Under the pieces are notes generated by a model, which was not told where the DNA came from, ran no database searches, and saw only the letters and a program-made list of their open reading frames with translations. A stretch of 32,000 nucleotides of DNA from Pseudoalteromonas translucida KMM 520 (GTDB taxonomy: Bacteria > Pseudomonadota > Gammaproteobacteria > Enterobacterales > Alteromonadaceae), in contig NZ_CP011034.1 in the NCBI RefSeq assembly GCF_001465295.1, positions 690,001 through 722,000 on the forward strand, written 5' to 3'. Made by a program: the position numbers and the translations under genes. Below are positions 25,445-32,000 of the stretch, one piece after another; within the stretch, counting starts at the first letter, position 1; each line of letters begins with the position of its first letter.

Positions 25445-25825
25445 ATGCATTCACGTTACGCAGCTGTTTTTGGTATAGAAAACCTCGAATTAAATCAGCA
25501 CTACAGTCTATATAATCAAAGTGTAAAAAATAGCAGTTTAAGGTCGAGTGAGCCAACAGATAGTAGTTCATCTGATAATCAGTCATTAAATAATCAGCCA
25601 ACTGATGTTGCAGTAATAAATAAAGAATTTGAGCCAATTACGCTCAGCAGTCAGTTACTTGCCGATATTAAACGTGCTGCAGTACCTATTGCTATTAATA
25701 GCGTGGTACAAAGCGCAGCACTGCAATTACACGACGATCAATTAGGCTTAACTACCCCCAAGCTCAAAACTGCCGATAAGCGCGCTTTGTGGGCCTTAAT
25801 GAGTAACCATCTTGATAAACTTTAA
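25445..25825 (+). CDS. holD: DNA polymerase III psi subunit-like protein
   Basis: Sits immediately upstream of, and overlapping, rimI, as in E. coli holD-rimI. The C-terminal ..KRALWALM.. resembles the HolD ..RAALWQQI.. motif. Contains an S/N/Q-rich low-complexity insert. Similarity is weak, so the call relies heavily on synteny. Confidence 0.55.
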   Translation: MHSRYAAVFGIENLELNQHYSLYNQSVKNSSLRSSEPTDSSSSDNQSLNNQPTDVAVINKEFEPITLSSQLLADIKRAAVPIAINSVVQSAALQLHDDQLGLTTPKLKTADKRALWALMSNHLDKL

Positions 25826-26276
25826 ATCAGTAGACGCAACCGCTATACCGCAATTAATGGCTATAGAAACCGCATGCCACAGTCATCCGTGGACGTTAAA
25901 TACCATGAGTTCATGTATTGGTGGGCGCTATTTTAATTTAGCAGCGTTTAACGGCGATACCATGGTAGGTTTTTATATTGGCGAAAAGGCCGGGCCCGAC
26001 TTTACCTTGATGGATATTTGCGTTGCACCCAGCGAGCAAGGAAAAGGCATTGCAAAACAGCTACTGAGCCAGTTTATTGATTATGGTGAGCAGCAAAATG
26101 CTGAAAATTTATTTTTAGAAGTACGCGAATCAAATACCCCCGCAATAAAACTGTACGAAAATGCAGGCTTTATAGAAATGTCAGTGCGTAAAAATTATTA
26201 CCCAAGCGACAATCCTGCTAAAAACGGATTTGAAGACGCTATTTTAATGGGCATGGCACTGGGCTTAAACTTTTAA
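25812..26276 (+). CDS. rimI: Ribosomal-protein-alanine N-acetyltransferase (GNAT)
   Basis: Colinear with E. coli RimI: HPW, ...MDICVAPSEQGKGIAKQLL, LFLEVRESNTPAIKLYENAGF, RKNYYP, EDAILM. The TTG start at 25812 overlaps the holD end by 14 nt. Confidence 0.9.
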   Translation: MINFKSVDATAIPQLMAIETACHSHPWTLNTMSSCIGGRYFNLAAFNGDTMVGFYIGEKAGPDFTLMDICVAPSEQGKGIAKQLLSQFIDYGEQQNAENLFLEVRESNTPAIKLYENAGFIEMSVRKNYYPSDNPAKNGFEDAILMGMALGLNF

Positions 26277-26314
26277 TAATATTTTATAGTGAATACGTAG
26301 AGTGAGCCGATAAT

Positions 26315-28981
26315 TTATACCGGCTTACTTTGCTCACTAATAGCCTGCTCAATAACGTTAATTAAGTTAGCTGTTAATTCGTTTAACGCGGCTTTGCTAT
26401 CGGTTTTTAAATGCTCTTCTAAACGCGCCGCACAGTGATAAATATCATCAAAGTTAAAACACCCAGCACTGCCTTTTATATTATGTGCTAATGCGCGCAA
26501 TGCGACTAAGTTACCCGAAAATTGTAAGCTTTTTATTTCAGCTAAATAAGTTGGCAGGTTAGCGACGTAATTTGCATTTATTTGTTGAAATTTTTCACTT
26601 TTGAGTATGTCGTCCCATTTATTTTGATTGTCTTTTTCAAGATGCAGGTAACTTACTAGTACGCTTTCTAGCGCATCTTTATCTATAGGTTTAGCCAGAG
26701 CCTTGTCGCATCCTGCGGCAATATATGTATCTACGTCATGGTTCATTACATTTGCAGTGAGTGCGATTATAGGGCCGTCGTATGCAGCATGGCGTAAAAT
26801 TTTAGTCGCTTCTAGGCCACCCATTACCGGCATTTGCATATCCATAATAATTAACTGGTAGTCGTTTACTAGCGCCATTTCTACCGCTTCAGCGCCATTG
26901 TTTGCTATGTCGGGCTCTAACCCCCAAGTTTGCAACAGCAGCTTTATTAATAATTGATTATCAGGGTTATCTTCGGCTACTAAAATATGTGCATCAAAAC
27001 TATTACTGGCGAAGGAGAGCTGTGGATCTTTTTCTGGAATGAGTTGATCGGGTTGCTCTAAAAACAGGTTATCGGCTAATGGCGTTTGTAAATTGCAGGC
27101 TATGGTTATAGTAAAGCAGCTACCTACATCTAATTCACTTTTAACGGTTATATCACCACCAAGACGTTGGGCTAAATTTTTTGAAATACATAGCCCAAGC
27201 CCGGTACCGCCAAAGCGACGGGTTGTGGTGGCGTCTGCTTGCTCAAAAGGAGTAAATAAGCGCTTAATTTGATTTTCTGCCATCCCAATTCCGCTATCTT
27301 GTATTACAAACATCAGCTCTTGGCTTGGTAGGTAATGAGCCGTTATAGACACATGGCCTTGCTCGGTAAACTTAACTGCATTGCTGGCAATGTTGATCAG
27401 TATTTGTTTTAAGCGGGTTTCGTCGCTGTTTATAGTGTGTGGTAACGGGAGTTGATAATTAATACTGAGCTTTAGCTTTTTTTGTTGTGCCAGCGGTTCA
27501 ATAATTGACTCAATGTCGTGCATTAAGCGCACTACATTTAGTGGAGCTTGCTCTACACCAATTTTTTCGGCTTCAATTTTAGACAAGTCTAAAATGTTAT
27601 TTATTAACTCTAATAAATGTTTTGAGTTGCGTAAAATGGTGCTTAAATGCTGTTTATTGTTGGTGATTTTATCGTTATGTAAAAGCTGTTCGGTAAAGCC
27701 CATTATTGCGGTGAGTGGGGTTCGAATTTCGTGGCTCATATTAGCCAAAAAGCGGCTTTTAAGTTGATTCGCTTGCTCTGCTTGGCCAATCGCAAGTTCT
27801 AACTGGCTGTTCATGGTTTCTAGCGCTTTGGTACGGCTTTCTACTTTGTCTTCGAGGTGATGTTTATATTCTTCTAACTGCTCTTGATAATGCCTAATTT
27901 GATTAATCATGTGATTAAAGTCGTTAAACAATATGCCTACTTCATCATCGGTGTGCGCGGGTAGTGAAACACCTAAATCGCCATCACCTACACGGTGGCT
28001 AGCTGCACCTAATAGCTCAATAGGGTTAAGTAATAAATTACGCACTACAATAAAAATAAGTATTGGTAGCGTAATAACCGAAATAATAACAATTAAACCG
28101 GTAATTAAGCTAATAGCCTTACCCGACTGATACAAAACGGCTTTAGGAATAGTCGATACATAATAACCACCGCTCATTTGTACCGCAAAAATCATCCGCT
28201 CTATTTTATCTATACTCGAAAGTTCTATGGTTGATAAAGAGCCAATGTCAGCTAAGTTATGTACTTGGCTGAGCTCAAATTCACTAATGTATTGGCCACG
28301 AATATTATAGTCGGAACTAAATAATATTTTACCCTCATTACTAACGAGTAAGTTGAGAGTGTTGTTGTAGGGGGCTTCTAAAATACTGGTATTAAGAATA
28401 GAGGGGTCAATATGCAGCACGATAAAACCAAGTTGTTGCGGGCGCTTAAGGTAGTAGTCAATGCTATAAATACGCTGAATAAAATACAAGCTGGTGGTGC
28501 CATCTGCTTTTTGCATCATAAACTGCTGTTGGCTTAAATTACTTTGCTGTATTTTTTCAAAAAAAGGATACGATTTTGGCGCTATGCTTAAATTACTTGA
28601 GTAGTAGGCATCGCTTTTGCCGTTTACCGACATTAAGTTAATGCTAATTATATCGGGATAGGCCTCGCTATAACTGGCAAACACATCCATTAACGCACCG
28701 AGGCGATAGGTGTAGCCACCATCGGCATGTAAATCGTTCGCTAAAAAATCGTTCAATACGGGTGAGGTAGATAGCAGCTTGGCCGTGGATTGAAATGAAT
28801 CAATATAGTTAAATACTTTTTGTTGTTGTTGTTCAACAAACCGGCTCATAATTAAATCAGCTTGTTTTTGTGTTGAGTTGGTTACATTAGTTAGCGTAAA
28901 ACCACCTAAAAATAACAGCGGAAGTATAACTAACGGCGTTATATACCATAATAACCTAATGCTTAACTTACTGGTTTTCAT
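26315..28981 (-). CDS. Hybrid sensor histidine kinase / response regulator (TM - large periplasmic Cache-like domain - TM - HAMP - HisKA - HATPase - REC - HPt)
   Basis: H-box MSHEIRTPLTAIMGF. N/G boxes (NIASNAVKFT, DSGIGM, GGTGLGL). Receiver domain (ILVAEDNPDNQ, IIMDMQMPVMGG, ALTA, KP). HPt domain (LAHNIKGSAGCF). The ORF extends to 29089, but the ATG at 28981 (MKTSKLSIRLLWYITPLVILPLL) starts at the first TM helix. Confidence 0.9.
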   Translation of the reverse strand: MKTSKLSIRLLWYITPLVILPLLFLGGFTLTNVTNSTQKQADLIMSRFVEQQQQKVFNYIDSFQSTAKLLSTSPVLNDFLANDLHADGGYTYRLGALMDVFASYSEAYPDIISINLMSVNGKSDAYYSSNLSIAPKSYPFFEKIQQSNLSQQQFMMQKADGTTSLYFIQRIYSIDYYLKRPQQLGFIVLHIDPSILNTSILEAPYNNTLNLLVSNEGKILFSSDYNIRGQYISEFELSQVHNLADIGSLSTIELSSIDKIERMIFAVQMSGGYYVSTIPKAVLYQSGKAISLITGLIVIISVITLPILIFIVVRNLLLNPIELLGAASHRVGDGDLGVSLPAHTDDEVGILFNDFNHMINQIRHYQEQLEEYKHHLEDKVESRTKALETMNSQLELAIGQAEQANQLKSRFLANMSHEIRTPLTAIMGFTEQLLHNDKITNNKQHLSTILRNSKHLLELINNILDLSKIEAEKIGVEQAPLNVVRLMHDIESIIEPLAQQKKLKLSINYQLPLPHTINSDETRLKQILINIASNAVKFTEQGHVSITAHYLPSQELMFVIQDSGIGMAENQIKRLFTPFEQADATTTRRFGGTGLGLCISKNLAQRLGGDITVKSELDVGSCFTITIACNLQTPLADNLFLEQPDQLIPEKDPQLSFASNSFDAHILVAEDNPDNQLLIKLLLQTWGLEPDIANNGAEAVEMALVNDYQLIIMDMQMPVMGGLEATKILRHAAYDGPIIALTANVMNHDVDTYIAAGCDKALAKPIDKDALESVLVSYLHLEKDNQNKWDDILKSEKFQQINANYVANLPTYLAEIKSLQFSGNLVALRALAHNIKGSAGCFNFDDIYHCAARLEEHLKTDSKAALNELTANLINVIEQAISEQSKPV

Positions 28982-29347
28982 TACCAAACAACACATCCTC
29001 CATGTAATGTTAGTAATAATATGTTTTACAGCTATATTACTCAAGCTTAGCGTTTGTTTATTGTGCTGGTAATATTTATAACTAAGCACAATTTAGGAGA
29101 ATAATTGGGTAAATACGCGCTCTGGGAGAGTTAATAAAAAAAGAATCAGTTAATAACTAAGCATTGATTGTTTATAGAGTGAAGATCAGCGAAAATAGTC
29201 TTCAATTACGATTAACATAACGGATCGCGTGTGAGGAGCCAAATTGGGCTCTTCCTAGGGTGTGTTGAGCTTTCGGGGTTGAGCAATATTAGCTCTGAAA
29301 CGTCAGCATACATAAATGTCCGTATTCAAACTAAAAGAACTTTTTTA

Positions 29348-30937
29348 ATGGCAGAGCAAAATCTCCTCAGTGAAATTAATAAACGACGTACCTTCGCGAT
29401 TATTTCGCACCCAGATGCGGGTAAAACCACCATCACCGAAAAAGTACTCTTATTCGGACAAGCTATCCAAAAAGCCGGTACAGTAAAAGGCCGTGGCTCT
29501 AACCAGCATGCTAAATCTGACTGGATGGAAATGGAAAAAGAGCGTGGAATTTCTGTTACTACCTCAGTAATGCAGTTTCCGTATAAAAATGCTTTGGTTA
29601 ACCTACTCGACACACCAGGACATGAAGATTTCTCGGAAGATACGTACCGTACCCTAACAGCAGTCGATTCGTGTTTAATGGTTATTGATGCGGCAAAAGG
29701 TGTAGAAGACCGTACGCGTAAATTAATGGAAGTAACACGCCTGCGTACTACGCCAATTGTTACTTTTATGAATAAATGTGACCGTGATATACGCGACCCA
29801 ATGGAGCTGCTTGACGAAGTTGAAACCGAGCTTAAAATAGCGTGTGCGCCTATTACTTGGCCGATTGGTAGTGGTAAAGGCTTTAAAGGTGTTTATCATA
29901 TTCATAACGATGAAGCGGTTTTATATAAAACTGGCCAAGGTCATAAAATTCAAGACGTGCGCACTATTAAAGGGATAGATAACCCTGAACTGGTTGATGC
30001 TATTGGTGACGATCTTGCTGCGCAATTACGCGATGAGTTAGAGCTGGTTATAGGTGCATCAAATGAATTTGATTTAGAGCTGTTTTTAGCCGGCGAACTA
30101 TCGCCAGTTTATTTTGGTACAGCACTAGGTAACTTTGGTGTAGACCACGTACTTGACGGTTTAACTAAATGGGCACCAACGCCATTACCACGTGAAACAG
30201 AAGACCGCCAAGTAGTTGCCACTGAAGAGAACTTTACTGGCTTTGTATTTAAGATTCAGGCCAATATGGACCCGAAACACCGCGACCGAATTGCCTTTAT
30301 GCGCATAGTGTCAGGTAAATACAGCCAAGGCATGAAAATGAATCATGTGCGCATTGGCAAGCAAGTAAGTATTTCTGATGCGGTTACGTTTATGGCTGGC
30401 GATCGTGAGCGTGCAGGTGATGCATACGCTGGCGACATTATTGGTTTACATAACCACGGTACGATTCAAATAGGTGATACTTTCACCCAAGGTGAAAAGC
30501 TTAAATTTAGCGGTATTCCTAACTTTGCACCGGAATTATTCCGCCGCATTCGTTTACGTGATCCGCTCAAACAAAAGCAGTTATTAAAAGGCTTAGTACA
30601 ACTCTCAGAAGAGGGTGCTGTACAGGTATTTAGACCGCTAATAAACAATGATTTAATTGTAGGCGCAGTAGGTGTACTTCAGTTTGATGTGGTTGTAGCG
30701 CGTTTAAAAGCTGAATATAACGTAGATGCAATTTACGAAGGTGTTAACGTAAATACAGCCCGCTGGGTAAGTAGCGACGACGTTAAAAAGTTTGAAGACT
30801 TTAAGCGTAAATGTGAAAGCAACCTAGCCTTGGATGGCGGCGATAATTTAACTTACATAGCGCCAAGCCGTGTAAACCTTAATTTATCAGTAGAGCGCTA
30901 CCCAGAAGTCACCTTTAGCCATACACGCGAAAACTAA
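29348..30937 (+). CDS. prfC: Peptide chain release factor 3
   Basis: [16 protein letters not shown] (G1), DTPGHEDF (G3), NKCD (G4). About 529 aa from the ATG at 29348. The ORF-track GTG at 29231 adds a non-homologous 39-aa extension. Confidence 0.95.
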   Translation: MAEQNLLSEINKRRTFAIISHPDAGKTTITEKVLLFGQAIQKAGTVKGRGSNQHAKSDWMEMEKERGISVTTSVMQFPYKNALVNLLDTPGHEDFSEDTYRTLTAVDSCLMVIDAAKGVEDRTRKLMEVTRLRTTPIVTFMNKCDRDIRDPMELLDEVETELKIACAPITWPIGSGKGFKGVYHIHNDEAVLYKTGQGHKIQDVRTIKGIDNPELVDAIGDDLAAQLRDELELVIGASNEFDLELFLAGELSPVYFGTALGNFGVDHVLDGLTKWAPTPLPRETEDRQVVATEENFTGFVFKIQANMDPKHRDRIAFMRIVSGKYSQGMKMNHVRIGKQVSISDAVTFMAGDRERAGDAYAGDIIGLHNHGTIQIGDTFTQGEKLKFSGIPNFAPELFRRIRLRDPLKQKQLLKGLVQLSEEGAVQVFRPLINNDLIVGAVGVLQFDVVVARLKAEYNVDAIYEGVNVNTARWVSSDDVKKFEDFKRKCESNLALDGGDNLTYIAPSRVNLNLSVERYPEVTFSHTREN

Positions 30938-30993
30938 AGCCAGCTTAGTGAAATTTTAAAAGCCTGCTTTGGCGGGCTTATTAAGGTAAAAAT

Positions 30994-32000
30994 ATGAACA
31001 TTCGTACTATTTTAGTAGAAAAAGCCATTGCCGCTATGACAGCTGTAGGCTTACCAGCAGATACTAACCCAGCAGTTACACAAAGCACTCGTCCACAATT
31101 TGGTGACTACCAAATTAATGCTGCCATGGGCGCGGCTAAAAAAATGAAAAGCAACCCACGTGAGCTTGCACAAAAAATTATTGATAACTTAGATGTAAGC
31201 GACATTGCCGAAAAAACTGAAATTGCCGGCCCAGGGTTTATTAATATTCATTTAAAGCCTGAATTTTTAGCACAAAGCGTTAAAGCGGCGAACAGTGATG
31301 CAAAATTAGCGGTTAATGAACACGCTAACCCACAAAAAGTGGTTGTTGATTACTCATCGCCAAACCTTGCTAAAGAAATGCACGTAGGCCATTTACGCTC
31401 AACCATTATTGGTGATGCGATTGTGCGTGCGCTTGAATTTAGAGGCGACAGCGTTGTGCGTCAAAATCACATGGGTGATTGGGGTACACAATTTGGTATG
31501 TTGATTGCGCATTTAGAAGATCAAATTAGCCAAGGCGTAGATTTAGATACAGTAGCACTTGCCGATTTAGAAACCTTTTACCGCGATGCTAAAAAACGTT
31601 TTGACGATGAAGAAGGCTTTGCCGACAAAGCGCGTAATTATGTAGTTAAATTACAAGGCGGCGACGCGCATTGTGAAAAGCTATGGAAGCTATTTATTGC
31701 CACTTCAGTTAAGCATTCTGAAGAAGTATACAAACGCTTAAATGTAACGCTTACACAAGCTGATATTATGGCTGAAAGCGCATACAACGCTGAGCTAAAT
31801 GACATTATTAGTTTATTAAAAGATAAAAATATTGCCGTAGAGTCGCAAGGCGCACAAGTTGTATTTTTAGATGAACTAGCCAATAAAGATGGTGAACCAT
31901 CGGCGTTTATCGTACAAAAATCTGGCGGTGGCTTTTTATACGCAACTACAGATTTAGCCGCGTGTGATTACCGCTCAAATAAGTTAGGTGCCGATCGTAT
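30994..32000 (+). CDS. argS: Arginine--tRNA ligase, N-terminal part (runs off the window)
   Basis: Not in the ORF track because it is edge-truncated. I translated it by hand from the ATG at 30994: [45 protein letters not shown]...[12 protein letters not shown]...[22 protein letters not shown]...[13 protein letters not shown]. It is colinear with E. coli ArgS and open to base 32000. Confidence 0.93.
   Translation, partial: MNIRTILVEKAIAAMTAVGLPADTNPAVTQSTRPQFGDYQINAAMGAAKKMKSNPRELAQKIIDNLDVSDIAEKTEIAGPGFINIHLKPEFLAQSVKAANSDAKLAVNEHANPQKVVVDYSSPNLAKEMHVGHLRSTIIGDAIVRALEFRGDSVVRQNHMGDWGTQFGMLIAHLEDQISQGVDLDTVALADLETFYRDAKKRFDDEEGFADKARNYVVKLQGGDAHCEKLWKLFIATSVKHSEEVYKRLNVTLTQADIMAESAYNAELNDIISLLKDKNIAVESQGAQVVFLDELANKDGEPSAFIVQKSGGGFLYATTDLAACDYRSNKLGADR

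Noticed and set aside
25270-25515. 81-aa plus-strand ORF
   Set aside because: It reads straight through the tRNA-Trp gene (25303-25379) and its promoter, so it is an artefact of ORF calling.
29231-29347. GTG-initiated 39-codon extension of prfC
   Set aside because: RF3 homology begins at the ATG at 29348 ([28 protein letters not shown]). The extension is non-homologous.
1-32000. Search for transposases, integrases, IS inverted repeats, prophage genes, CRISPR arrays, rRNA and toxin-antitoxin pairs
   Set aside because: Reading the ORF translations and intergenic regions turned up none of these. The only accessory-looking DNA is the two small AT-rich islets reported above.

Overview
This is a chromosomal, mostly housekeeping segment from an AT-rich gammaproteobacterium. 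Protein sequences and gene order look Alteromonadales or Pseudoalteromonas-like, but that is inference only, since no search was run. Core genes: proB, a glutaredoxin-like gene, gltX, a DEAD-box helicase, an M16 peptidase, cysE, xseA, guaB-guaA, tRNA-Trp, holD-rimI, prfC and the 5' part of argS. The most interesting block is bases 1-4994, a complete 'proteobacterial dedicated sortase' (Pds) locus. It holds a sensor kinase (edge-truncated and missing from the ORF track), an OmpR-type regulator, and, divergently transcribed, an OmpA-like glycine-zipper protein. These are followed by one VIT-vWA protein with a C-terminal LPQTD sorting signal and a Gram-negative sortase. This system is catalogued only by comparative genomics and, to my knowledge, has no known function. 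The divergent promoter region carries a 20-bp perfect palindrome and helically phased TTGCCA repeats. Secondary points are listed here.
- A visibly more AT-rich single-gene islet (18.1-18.96 kb) encodes a two-TM protein whose motifs recall the putative AbiC abortive-infection family.
- A second AT-rich islet (13.3-13.93 kb) holds a small membrane ORF and a (CTCGAAC)x6 microsatellite.
- An RcsF-like lipoprotein has the four-cysteine spacing of enterobacterial RcsF.
- A divergent MTHFR-like gene is preceded by tandem MetJ-box-like octamers.
- The sortase and an EamA transporter gene overlap tail to tail by 136 bp.
- An orphan hybrid histidine kinase sits between rimI and prfC.

I found no transposase, integrase, CRISPR array, rRNA or obvious prophage. 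Several ORF-track starts (TTG/GTG or long N-terminal extensions) were trimmed to better-supported ATGs.
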